DNA of 64,000 nucleotides, from contig CAWFNS010000002.1 of NCBI GenBank assembly GCA_963817235.1, positions 277,703 to 341,702 of the forward strand. The letters are read 5' to 3'. This document shows, piece after piece, positions 52,319 through 61,578 of the stretch. Numbering within the stretch: position 1 is the first letter of the stretch; each line of letters opens with the position of its first letter. Position numbers and translations under genes: made by a program. A model generated the notes under the pieces. That model did not search any database and had not been told where the DNA came from. It was given only the letters and a program-made list of their open reading frames with translations. Source of the DNA: an uncultured Actinomycetes bacterium (lineage in GTDB: Bacteria; Actinomycetota; UBA4738; HRBIN12).

Positions 52319-52966
52319 CTAGCGATCCGGCTCGATCGTGCCGTGCAGCCGATCGCCGAAGTCGCCGAGCCCGGGCAGGATGAAGCCGCTGCCGTTCAAC
52401 TCCCGGTCGAGCGCGCCGGCGATCACGGGCACGTCCGGATGGTCCCGCGCGAGCTTCGCGACCCCCTCGGGGGCGGCCACCACGCACACGAACGAGATCG
52501 ACCGCGGCTCGGCGTGCGCCTTCACGTGGGCGAGGGCGGCGCTGCCGCTCCCGCCGGTCGCGAGCATCGGGTCGAGGACGAGCGCGCGGCGTCCCTGCAT
52601 CGGCGGCAGTTTCGCGTAGTAGTCGCGCGGCTGGAGCGTGACCTCGTCGCGTTCCATCCCGAGGTAGCCCACGATGGTGTCCGGGTAGAGGTCGGTCGTC
52701 GCGTCGAGGAGACCGAGACCGGCGCGCAGGACCGGGATCGCGACGATCGGCTCGGCGAGGACCCGTCCGCGCGCGGTCTCCAGGGGCGTGTCGACGTCGA
52801 CGTCGCGCGTGGCGAGGTCGCGCGTGGCCTCGATGACGAGCAGCCAGCCGAGGCGCCGCGTGAGCGTGCGGAACCGGTCCGGCGGCGTCGTCCGGTCGCG
52901 GAGCCCGGCCAGGAGGTCGTGCGCGAGGGGATGATCCAGGACGGTCGGCGCCATGGGGTCGGCCAT
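52319..52966 (-). CDS. upp: uracil phosphoribosyltransferase
   Basis: HPLAHDLLAGLRD, AIPVLRAGLG, LVLDPMLATGGS (PRPP loop), GFILPGLGDFGDR. Start is ATG 52966 or 52954 (duplicated). Confidence 0.9.
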   Translation of the reverse strand: MADPMAPTVLDHPLAHDLLAGLRDRTTPPDRFRTLTRRLGWLLVIEATRDLATRDVDVDTPLETARGRVLAEPIVAIPVLRAGLGLLDATTDLYPDTIVGYLGMERDEVTLQPRDYYAKLPPMQGRRALVLDPMLATGGSGSAALAHVKAHAEPRSISFVCVVAAPEGVAKLARDHPDVPVIAGALDRELNGSGFILPGLGDFGDRLHGTIEPDR

Positions 52967-52973
52967 GGGGTCG
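52950..52973. repeat. 2 x 12-bp perfect tandem duplication (GCCATGGGGTCG) spanning the upp start codon
   Basis: Units at 52950-52961 and 52962-52973. On the minus strand it gives M-A-D-P-M-A-P.. with two in-frame ATGs. Confidence 0.85.
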
Positions 52974-53094
52974 GATGGTAGTGGGCGGGCCCGGTCGCTT
53001 GCCAGGTGCGGCCGGCGTCTGCCACCATGCCCGCGACATGCAGCGCGCGTATCGCTCCTGGTATCTCTTCGTCGGGCCCAGCCCGGCGTAGTCG

Positions 53095-53114
53095 CCAGCA
53101 GCCACCAGCAGCCA
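53095..53114. repeat. 2 x 10-bp perfect tandem duplication (CCAGCAGCCA) in the upp/DAHP-synthase intergenic region
   Basis: Units at 53095-53104 and 53105-53114, read directly from the sequence. Confidence 0.8.
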
Positions 53115-53117
53115 GCG

Positions 53118-53141
53118 ACCCCGGGCCGGACGACCCGGGGT
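53118..53141 (+). promoter_or_regulatory. 5'-leader hairpin followed by TTT; candidate attenuator upstream of DAHP synthase
   Basis: ACCCCGGG-ccggacga-CCCGGGGT, then TTTCGG. A third CCCGGG at 53150-53155 could pair alternatively. It lies 50 nt upstream of ATG 53191. Confidence 0.3.
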
Positions 53142-53190
53142 TTCGGCTTCCCGGGCCGTACGATCGGGCCGACCGAGGAGGTTCGACCAC

Positions 53191-54211
53191 ATGGTCGTCG
53201 TCATGACGGCGGACGCCACCGACATCGATATCGAGGCGGTCGCCGACCGCGTCCGCGCGCACGGCGGCGAGGCGTTCGTCTCTCGCGGCACGGTGCACAC
53301 GATCATCGGGCTGGTCGGGGACACCGAGCGGTTCAAGTCGATCGAGTGGAACCAGATGCAGGGCGTCGATCACGTGATCCAGATCGGCAAGCCCTACAAG
53401 ATGGTCTCGCGCGATCTGCATCCGGAGACCACGGTGGTCAAGGTCGGCACCGTGCCGGTGGGTCGCGACACGTTCACGCTGATCGCGGGCCCGTGCGCGG
53501 TGGAGGACCCGGAGCAGACGATGCTCGCGGTCCGGGCGGCGAAGGACGCCGGCGCCGCGATCCTCCGGGGCGACGTCTACAAGCCGACGGACGTCGCCGT
53601 ACTCGTTCCAGGGACTCGGCGAGGAGGGCATCAAGATCCTCGAGGAGGTACGCCGCACGTTGGGCCTGCCGTTCGTCGTGGAGGTCACCGACGTCTCGCA
53701 GGTGGCGCACGTCGCCGAGGTCGCGGATTGCATCCGGGTCGGGACGCGCAACGCGCAGAACTTCGAGCTGCTGCGCGAGGTCGGCCTCGCGAACAAGCCG
53801 GTGATGCTGAAACGCGGGCTGGCGATGACGGTCGAGGAGTGGTTGCAGGCCGCCGAGTACGTCGCGCAGCGAGGGAACTCGGAGATCATCCTGTGCGAAC
53901 GCGGCATCCGCACGTTCGAGCCGTCGACGCGCAACACGCTCGACCTCGCCGGGATGGCCGTGGCGCAGCACGAGTCGCACCTGCCGGTGATCGTCGACCC
54001 GTCGCATGCGGTGGGGAAGCGGCACCTGGTCGCTGCGATGGCGCGGGCGGCGGTGGCGGCGGGCGCCGATGCCGTGATGGTCGACGTGCACCCCGATCCC
54101 GAACAGGCCCTCGTGGACGGTGCGCAGGCGCTGACGCCGGCGGAGGTCATCGAGCTCGGCGGGCAGCTGGCCGCGATCGCCGAGGCGATCGGCCGGGCGA
54201 TGAACCGGTAG
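53191..54211 (+). CDS. 3-deoxy-7-phosphoheptulonate (DAHP) synthase, type I-beta with N-terminal regulatory domain; one frame hop as assembled
   Basis: GAGGAGG SD. N-terminal ferredoxin-like domain (VHTIIGLVGD), IAGPCAVE, GDVYKP / SPYSFQGLG split by a hop near 53590, VGTRNAQNFELL, LKRG, DPSHA, MVDVHPDP. Confidence 0.85.
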
Positions 54212-54223
54212 CTCGGTCCGCCG

Positions 54224-54688
54224 CTACTCGAGCCACCACGTCGGTCGGGCAGGAGGGCGGACGGCCCGCTCGGCCTTCCGCAGGAGCGCGACGAGGTGCG
54301 CGCGCTCGGGACCGGACAGCTCTCGATCGAGCGCGGCCCGCACGTCGGCGACGCGTCGCAGGAGGCTGAGTCTCCGCCGAGCCAGCTCGGTGACTTCCAG
54401 ATAGGTGACGTGGGGTTCACGGTGCAGGCGGAGGTACCCGGCGCGAGCGAGCTTCTCTGCGGTCGCGTTCGCCGCCTGCCGGGTCAGGCATAGGCGGCGA
54501 GCGAGCTCCGAAACGTGCATCTGCTTCGCGGCGAGGAGGAGCTCGAGGGCTCGGTACTGGGCGTAGGAGAGGCCCAGGCCTTCCAGGCACTGGTCCATCG
54601 CGACCTCGAACCGGTGCTGCACGCGACGCGTCTCGATCAGGACGTCCCAGCCGTCGGCGAACGGAGTGAGGTCGTCACCATCGCCCAT
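54224..54688 (-). CDS. MarR family transcriptional regulator
   Basis: LSYAQYRALELLLAAKQMHVSELARRLCLTRQAANATAEKLARAGYLRL winged HTH. Intact 154 aa. Confidence 0.8.
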   Translation of the reverse strand: MGDGDDLTPFADGWDVLIETRRVQHRFEVAMDQCLEGLGLSYAQYRALELLLAAKQMHVSELARRLCLTRQAANATAEKLARAGYLRLHREPHVTYLEVTELARRRLSLLRRVADVRAALDRELSGPERAHLVALLRKAERAVRPPARPTWWLE

Positions 54689-54857
54689 CGGGAGGGTTGA
54701 TACACCGCGCTGCCGACACGGTGATCGTGATGTCGGTGCTCGCGGAGGTCAGCTCGCGCCGACCATCGTCAACCACCTGCCGATATCGTCCGCGGTCGGG
54801 GTCGTGAGGCGATTGACAAGTCGCGGGACGAAGTCCGCGGAACGGCTGCTCGCGCGG

Positions 54858-55643
54858 CTACACCACCGCCGGGACGTTCGGCGTCAGCTCGAGGATGTCG
54901 GCCGAGCCGCGCCACCGCGCCAGCGAATCGGCCGGCGGGCCGACGCGGGACTTCCGCTTGTCGACGAGCGCCGCAGCCATCGCTTCCCATTCGGGGCCAT
55001 CCAGGAGCCGGGGCGCCGCCGTGAACTCGTCGAGGGACGTGTCGCGGCCCTTGCGCCGCGTCGTGACGATGAACTCCTTCGCGCGGCCGATGCCGGGAAC
55101 CGTCTGCTCCTGCGGGCCCGGCTCGCGCTGCGACAACACGTAGATCTTGCCGTCCTTGTAGACGAACCACGCAGGGATCTGCTGCCGGCGGCCGCCGACG
55201 TCCGCTCCCACCCAGATCACGTCCGAGCGCTTCAGCCCGTCCTCGATCTCCTTCGGCAGCTTCAACGGGGCGGCCTGCACGTAGACCGGCAGCTCGATCT
55301 CCCCGACGACCTGCCCGTCCAAGATGAACGATGCGACGTAGGTCCCCGTCTCGTCGAAGACGCCGTTCGTCACCAGGTCGATCTCGGTGGTGAGGTCGAA
55401 CATGCCGTTCATCCGGCGGGGCACCGGCCCCCACCGCCAGACCATCCGGCCGGACGGCCCGTACATCCGGACCTCTTCCTCGACGATCCCGACGCCGACC
55501 TTCCAGGCGCGGTAGAGCACGAACGGGAGGGCCGGGCCGGGCTGGCCGGTCAGGTAGACGCCGTCGGGGGCCATGTCCCCCTGGGTCTGCCAGACGCGTT
55601 CGTCGACGATCGCCGCCGCGACGAGCTCCCCGATGGTCTCCAC
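54858..55643 (-). CDS. hypothetical two-domain protein (C-terminal half resembles PNPOx-like split barrel)
   Basis: Intact 261-aa ORF with strong coding look. IPAWFVYKDGKIYVLS and KEFIVTTRRKGRD in the C-terminal half. I do not recognise the N-terminal half. Confidence 0.45.
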   Translation of the reverse strand: METIGELVAAAIVDERVWQTQGDMAPDGVYLTGQPGPALPFVLYRAWKVGVGIVEEEVRMYGPSGRMVWRWGPVPRRMNGMFDLTTEIDLVTNGVFDETGTYVASFILDGQVVGEIELPVYVQAAPLKLPKEIEDGLKRSDVIWVGADVGGRRQQIPAWFVYKDGKIYVLSQREPGPQEQTVPGIGRAKEFIVTTRRKGRDTSLDEFTAAPRLLDGPEWEAMAAALVDKRKSRVGPPADSLARWRGSADILELTPNVPAVV

Positions 55644-55708
55644 CCGCGAGAGGATAGCGGCTCGGGTACCCTCTCCGGCCGAGTCGCCGACCGCAAGGAG
55701 TGACGCCC

Positions 55709-57636
55709 ATGCGACGCATCGCCGCCGCGCTGCTCGTCATCGTGATGGCGATCCTTCGTGCCGGCCGCGGGAGCCCCGCAGGTCGCGGCCTCGAGCGCGA
55801 CCGCGGCGGCGACGCTCCATCTCGTCCGGTGCCCGCACGTGCCGCATGCTCGCTGCGGCACGCTCCGGGTCCCGCTCGATCGGACGCATCCGGCACGGTC
55901 GCACGATCGGCATCCGCGTGGAGCTGCATCCACGGCGGAACCGGAGCGCTGCCGCTGCTGGGCACGATCGTCGCGGTGCAGGGCGGTCCCGGCTACGCGA
56001 CCCGCCAGTACCGCGACAGCTACCTCGACCTGTTCCGCCCCCTGCTCGGTCGGTATCAGCTCCTGCTGGTGGACAACCGGGGGACCGGCGACTCGGGCGC
56101 GATCGACTGCCCGAAGCTCCAGTCCTACCGGGGGAACTACGTCCGGAACGCCGGCGCCTGCGGACGGCAGCTCGGCGCGACCGCGGCCGACTACGGCACG
56201 GCGGACGCCGCCGACGATCTGGCCGACGTGGTCACGGCGCTCGGCATCGACCGGATCGATCTCTACGGCGATTCGTACGGGACGTTCTTCGGCCAGGTGT
56301 TCGCGGTGCGGCACCCCGACCTGCTCCGCTCGCTCGTGCTGGACAGCGCCTATCCGGTCGTCGGCCCCGATCCCTGGTACCGGGACACGAACCGCGCGCT
56401 GCGGGCCGCGTTCGGCCGAGCGTGCCGTCGCGATCCGGGCTGCGCCGCGGTCCCCGGTGGGCCGATGCAGCGCATGCGCCGGCTGGCGGCCGCACTGCAG
56501 CGGCACCCGATCGTCGGCACGGCCTTCGACGCCGACGGGGTCCTGCGTCACGTCACGGTCGACGTGGGCGCGCTGATCACGTTCGCGACGGCCGCCGCAA
56601 GCAGCTTCGACCTGTACCGGGAGCTGGACCCCGCGATCCGCGCCTACCTCGGACCGGACCACGACACCCGCCCGCTGCTGCGCCTCGCCGCCGAGAACCT
56701 GTACTTCTCCGGCGCCGGCGACCCGCACGCGTTCTCCGAGGGCCTCTACCTCGCGACGAACTGCAACGACACCACGTTGCCGTTCGACCGGAACGCGACG
56801 GTCCCCGTGCGTCGCCGTCAGTACGCGGCCGCGATCCGCCGGCTGACGCCGCAACGATCCGCGGGCGTTCGCACCGTTCACGATCAAGGAGTGGCTCTCG
56901 GCGCCGCTGTCGGGGGTGCAGCCCTACGACTCCTGCATCCTGTGGCCCCGGCCGGCACGGGCGAACCCTCCGCTGCCGCCGCATCCGGTGTATCCGTCGG
57001 TCCCCGTGCTGGTCCTGTCGGGCGACCTGGATCCGCTCACCTCACCGGAGGGCGCCCGGAGGTGGCGCGTCGGAGTTCCCGGACGCCACGTTCGTCGACG
57101 TCCGCAACATGGACCACATCGCGGCGCTCGACGACCACGGGCGGTGCGCGTCGACGATCGTCGTCCGGTTCGTGCGGACGCTCACCGCCGGCGACACGTC
57201 TTGCGCACGGCGGTACAACGAGGTCCGGGTCGTCGACCGGTTCCCGATGACGGCCGCGGGACTCGGCCCGATGGGCCCGGGCCGTCGCGCCGCGGTGGTC
57301 GCGGCGAACTCCGTGGCCGACGTGATCGCCCGGTGGTGGGAGATGTACGGCTACCACGGCGTCGGCCTGCGCGGTGGCCGGTTCGACACGGCGGGCTGGG
57401 TCGCCGTCTGGTTCGGACTGCACGACATCCGATGGGTTCGCGACGCGGGCGTCAGCGGCACCATCCATTGGGACCTCGACGACGGTCGGATCCGCGCGTC
57501 GGTCTCGGTGCGGGGCTCCGGCGTCGAAGCGGGGCATCTGCGGCTCGCGTGGAACGACTGGCATCCGCATGCCGTCGCCACCGCGCGCGGCAGGATCGGC
57601 GGTCGCGCCGTGTCCATGTCGTTCCCGGCCCCGTGA
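55709..57636 (+). CDS. secreted alpha/beta hydrolase (tripeptidyl-aminopeptidase/TAP-like), five frame hops as assembled
   Basis: AAGGAG SD, signal MRRIAAALLVIVMAIL, GGPGYA, LVDNRGTGDS, LYGDSYGTFF (GxSxG), VLVLSGDLDPLT, NMDHIA. Frames run f1,f2,f0,f1,f2,f0. Confidence 0.7.
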
Positions 57637-57644
57637 ACCGTCGC

Positions 57645-58823
57645 TCAGACGGTGCGGGCGAGCCACAGGCGCGGCTCGTCGAGCTCCGGCAGGGACGGAA
57701 GCGCGTCGGCCGAGTCCCACATCCGGGCGAGGGTCCCCTCGTCGGTCAGCTCGACCACCGTGTCGCAGAACGCGCGCCCGGTCCGGTACTGATCCCGCTT
57801 CATCTCGACGCCGAGCAGCCGCTCGAAGACCGGGTCGGCGCGTTCGTCCTCGCGGTGCCGGCGCATCGCCTCGTCGATCTGTGGATACGTCGAGAGCAGG
57901 TGCGCGCCGACCCCGTGCATCACGTGGTCGCCGTAGCCCTCCGCCGCCGCCATGAACGCCTGGATCCGCCCGAGCTTCAGGCGCTGCTCGTCGTCGAGCA
58001 CGGCGCCGAACATCCCGTCGTCCTCGTCGCCGGTCAGTGCCCGCTGGAAGGACTCCGGATCCGAGGGGTCGATCGTCGCCAGCCGCTCCTGGATCCGGTC
58101 GACGTCGATCGTCATCGTCGAGAGGAAGTCGTCGACGAGCCCGGCGAACCGCGGGCGCGCCCACGCCCGGGCGAACTCGAAGCGGTGGGTCACCTCGTGC
58201 AGCGCGACGTACGTCCGGAACTCGGTCGGGTCGAGCGCCCAATCGCGCTCGAACGCGGCGAGGTTCGGCACGACGAACAGCAACGCGCCACCGTCCTCGT
58301 CGCGCGGCACCGCGACGTCGTACTGACCGAGCACCCGTTGGGCGAGGAACCCGAGGACCTGCCCGACCTGCGTCCCCTGGAGCAGGGGACCGAGCTGCGT
58401 CACCAGACCGCCCATCGGTCCCATCTCCGCCGGCATCCCTTCCGCCATCGCGCGGCCGAGCGCCTCGCCCATCCGAGCCGCCGCGGGCTCGAGCAGGCCG
58501 CGGAGCCCGTCGACGTTCGCGAGCACCCAGCCCGCGCGGCGGACCGGGCGGACCTCGACGACGTCGGTCGGCGCCGCGAGGCCGGTGAATCCCGCGACCT
58601 GCAGCTCGGCGACCCGGACGGCCTGCGCCAGCGTCTCGCGATCCTCGTCGGTGGGATCGGGATCGGCGCCGGCCTCGACGGCGGTGGCGACCGCCACCTG
58701 CCGCGCCAGCTCCCAGTTCACCGGCCCGGACGAGGACGCCATCACGCGCTGGAGCTCCTGGAACAACGGCGCGTCGCGCAACGCGTCGGGGTCCATACCG
58801 AACGGGAAGCCGGGGTCGCTCAT
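57645..58823 (-). CDS. zinc-dependent metalloprotease (actinobacterial HExxH hydrolase family often annotated as F420-biosynthesis-associated)
   Basis: Intact 392-aa ORF. YVALHEVTHRFEF (HExxH), AEGYGDHVM. The family nickname is recalled, not searched. Confidence 0.65.
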   Translation of the reverse strand: MSDPGFPFGMDPDALRDAPLFQELQRVMASSSGPVNWELARQVAVATAVEAGADPDPTDEDRETLAQAVRVAELQVAGFTGLAAPTDVVEVRPVRRAGWVLANVDGLRGLLEPAAARMGEALGRAMAEGMPAEMGPMGGLVTQLGPLLQGTQVGQVLGFLAQRVLGQYDVAVPRDEDGGALLFVVPNLAAFERDWALDPTEFRTYVALHEVTHRFEFARAWARPRFAGLVDDFLSTMTIDVDRIQERLATIDPSDPESFQRALTGDEDDGMFGAVLDDEQRLKLGRIQAFMAAAEGYGDHVMHGVGAHLLSTYPQIDEAMRRHREDERADPVFERLLGVEMKRDQYRTGRAFCDTVVELTDEGTLARMWDSADALPSLPELDEPRLWLARTV

Positions 58824-58853
58824 CCGGCCAGCCTACGACGTCCTCGCGCTACG

Positions 58854-59294
58854 ATGGCCGCCGTGTCGTCCGACCGCACGCTCGTCCGCGTGACCCCGGA
58901 GCCGCTCGTCGTCGAGGATGCGTTGTCGCACGTCGACGACCCCGGCGCCGGCGGCACCTGCGTGTTCATCGGCACCGTCCGCGACGCCGGGCCCGACGGA
59001 GAGGTCGTCACGGGCCTCACGTACGAGGCCTGGGAGGAGCTCGCGGTCGCGCGGCTCGAGGAGCTCGCCGCTCGCATGTTCGAGCGGTGGCCCGTCGGCC
59101 GGGTCGCGCTGCTGCACCGTGTCGGGGAGCTCGAGGTCGGGCAGGCCAGCGTCGTGGTCGCGGTCTCCAGCGCGCACCGAGCCGAGGCGTTCGAAGCCTG
59201 CCGCTTCGGCATCGAGGAGCTGAAGCACGACGTGCCCATCTGGAAGCGGGAGTCCTTCGAGACGGGCGAGGCCCGGTGGGTGATGGGGGCCTAG
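58854..59294 (+). CDS. moaE: molybdopterin synthase catalytic subunit
   Basis: GGTCVFIGTVRD, YEAWEE, HRVGELEVGQASVVVAVSSAHRAEAFEACRFGIEELKHDVPIWKRE. Confidence 0.85.
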   Translation: MAAVSSDRTLVRVTPEPLVVEDALSHVDDPGAGGTCVFIGTVRDAGPDGEVVTGLTYEAWEELAVARLEELAARMFERWPVGRVALLHRVGELEVGQASVVVAVSSAHRAEAFEACRFGIEELKHDVPIWKRESFETGEARWVMGA

Positions 59295-60310
59295 TGGGTC
59301 GCGACCTGGCGATCGACCTGGGCACCGCGAACACGGTCGTGTACCGGGAGGGCGACGGCATCGTGTTCGCGCAGCCCACCGTGGTCGCGCTGCGGGTGTC
59401 GACCGGCGACGTGATCGCGATCGGCGACGACGTCGCGCGCGTGCGCGGCGGCGATTCGGGCAACGTGATCGCCATGCGGCCGCTCCGATCCGGGGCGATC
59501 ACGGAGTTCGAGGTGACGCAGCGGTTCCTCGCCGGCGTCCTGCGGAAGACCGCGCCGGGCCGGTACCCGAAGCCGCGTGTGCTGATCTGCATCCCGTCGG
59601 CGAGCTCGCCGGTCGAGCGCCGCGCGCTCGAGGAGGCGATCGACGACAGCGGTGGCAAGCAGGTCACGCTCGTCGAGGAGACGCTCGCCGCCGCGATCGG
59701 CGCCGGCCTGCCGATCCACGAGCCGGTCGGCCACCTGATCGTGGACATCGGCGGCGCCCGATCGGAGATGGCCGTCGTGTCGATGGGCGGCGTCGTCTCG
59801 GGCGGCGGGGTCCGGGTCGGCGGGTTCGACCTGGACGCGGGGATCCAGGAGCACATCCGCTCCACGTACGGCGTCGCGATCGGCGAGACCTCCGCGGAGG
59901 AGTTGAAGCTCGCGCTGGGCTCGGCGTTCCCGTCGGCGAGCGGCCGCGCCGCGCTCGTCGTCGGGCGGGAGCTCGCGACCGGGAACACCGTCGAGGTCAA
60001 GCTCGACGAGGACGAGCTGCGCCACGCGATGGCCGAGCCGATCGGACGCATGATCGACGCCGCTCGCCGCACGCTCGCCCAGGCTCCGCCGGAGCTGACG
60101 CACGACATCTTGGAGACCGGGATGTTCCTGACCGGCGGCGGCAGCCTGCTGAAGGGCCTCGACCTGCTCCTCGCGCAGGAGTGCGAGGTGCCGGTGCACA
60201 TCGCGGAGCGGCCGCTCGAGACGGTCGCGATCGGCGCGGGGCGCATGCTCGAGCACCTCGAGGAGTACCGCTCCGCGTTCCAGCTGGTCCGGCCGGGAGG
60301 CCGTCGGTGA
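59294..60310 (+). CDS. mreB: rod shape-determining protein MreB
   Basis: The GTG overlaps the moaE stop by 1 nt (TAGTG). LAIDLGTANTVVY, AMRPLRSGAI, VDIGGARSEMAVVSMGG, TGGGSLLKGLD. Confidence 0.9.
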   Translation: MGRDLAIDLGTANTVVYREGDGIVFAQPTVVALRVSTGDVIAIGDDVARVRGGDSGNVIAMRPLRSGAITEFEVTQRFLAGVLRKTAPGRYPKPRVLICIPSASSPVERRALEEAIDDSGGKQVTLVEETLAAAIGAGLPIHEPVGHLIVDIGGARSEMAVVSMGGVVSGGGVRVGGFDLDAGIQEHIRSTYGVAIGETSAEELKLALGSAFPSASGRAALVVGRELATGNTVEVKLDEDELRHAMAEPIGRMIDAARRTLAQAPPELTHDILETGMFLTGGGSLLKGLDLLLAQECEVPVHIAERPLETVAIGAGRMLEHLEEYRSAFQLVRPGGRR

Positions 60311-60326
60311 GGAGGGGAGGGAGCCG

Positions 60327-61187
60327 ATGACGTTCTCGATCGTGGCCTTCGATCCGGCGACCGGCGATCTCGGCGTCGCGGTGGCCTCGAAGTTCCCGTG
60401 CGTCGGCGCGGTGGTGCCGTGGGCGAAGGCGGGCGTCGGAGCGGTGGCGACGCAGGCCTGGGCGAACACGGCCTTCGGCCCGGACGGGCTGGGGCTCATG
60501 GCCGGGGGCATGCCCGCCGCCGAGGCGCTCGACGCGGTGCTGGAGGGCGACGACGGACGCGACGAGCGGCAGGCGGGGTTCGTCGACGGGCGGGGCGGCG
60601 CTGCGACCTTCACCGGGTCCGGCTGCGTGCACTGGGCCGGCGGGGTCACCGACGGAACCGTCGCGGCGCAGGGGAACATCCTGGCGGGGGAGGCGGTCGT
60701 GCAGGAGCTGGTGCGCGCGTTCGGCGCCGCGGAGGGCGATCTGTCGGATCGGCTGCTGGCGGCGCTGCTGGCGGGCGACGCGGCCGGCGGTGACCGCCGG
60801 GGGAAGCAGTCGGCCGCGCTGTTGGTCGTCCGCGAGGGGGGCGGCTACGAGGGTCGCAACGACCGCTACATCGATCTTCGGGTCGACGACCATCCGGACG
60901 CGCCGTCGGAGCTGGCGCGGCTGTTCGGCGTATGGGACGACACGATGCTTATCCGCAACGACCCGCTCCTGGACCCCACGCCGGATCTGGTCGCCGAGGT
61001 GCAGCGCCGGCTCGCGGGGGTCGGCCGCTACGACGGCGAGGTGAGCGGCGCCTACGACGCACGGACGCGGGCGGCCCTGGAGGACTGGGCCGGGTGGTAC
61101 AACCTCGAAGGCCGTCTCCGCGAGGACGACCGTCTGTCGCAGCATCTCCTGAACGAACTGCGGGACGTCACGCCCGAGATCTCGTAG
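60327..61187 (+). CDS. DUF1028 (Ntn-hydrolase-like) protein with C-terminal peptidoglycan-binding-like domain
   Basis: MTFSIVAFDPATGDLGVAVASKF, GGDRRGKQSAALLV, then EVQRRLAGVGRYDGEVSGAYDARTRAALEDW (PG_binding_1-like). Confidence 0.7.
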   Translation: MTFSIVAFDPATGDLGVAVASKFPCVGAVVPWAKAGVGAVATQAWANTAFGPDGLGLMAGGMPAAEALDAVLEGDDGRDERQAGFVDGRGGAATFTGSGCVHWAGGVTDGTVAAQGNILAGEAVVQELVRAFGAAEGDLSDRLLAALLAGDAAGGDRRGKQSAALLVVREGGGYEGRNDRYIDLRVDDHPDAPSELARLFGVWDDTMLIRNDPLLDPTPDLVAEVQRRLAGVGRYDGEVSGAYDARTRAALEDWAGWYNLEGRLREDDRLSQHLLNELRDVTPEIS

Positions 61188-61193
61188 CCGGGC

Positions 61194-61505
61194 TCAGCCC
61201 CCGAAGCGGTGCACCAGGCGCCCGACGATGGCGAACGCGAGGTAGGTGGATGCCGCGAGGGCGACCGCGCCCACGATCACTGCGATGACCAGGCCGAGCG
61301 CGCTCGTGAGCCTCGACTCCCAGTCCGTCGCGGCCGCGACGACCGGCACGTAGGACCCGCCGAGACCGGGGTCGGCGACGCCGCCGCCCGCGGGATCCCG
61401 TTCCGCCGGGGCGCTCGGTGGGCCGACCGGCGGCTGCCGCAGGGTGAACACGTAGACCCCCACGCCCACGGCGGCGGCGACCACCAGCACCAGCACGTAC
61501 GCCAT
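61194..61505 (-). CDS. small two-helix membrane protein
   Basis: MAYVLVLVVAAAVGVGVYVF ... LGLVIAVIVGAVALAASTYLAFAIV. Start is at ATG 61505. Weak, composition-based call. Confidence 0.4.
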   Translation of the reverse strand: MAYVLVLVVAAAVGVGVYVFTLRQPPVGPPSAPAERDPAGGGVADPGLGGSYVPVVAAATDWESRLTSALGLVIAVIVGAVALAASTYLAFAIVGRLVHRFGG

Positions 61506-61578
61506 CGCGCCGAGCCTACCGCTCCCCGGGCATCGGTTCGAGGAACCCGGACGAGGTCCGCGGCGAAGCACCCGTAGC

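Noticed and set aside
44362-52973. CCATGG (NcoI site) within both start-codon duplications as a sign of cloning or engineering.
   Set aside because: No vector-like sequence, tags or other restriction-site scars are nearby. CCATGG arises naturally from a GC-rich context around ATG. Slippage or an assembly artefact is more parsimonious.
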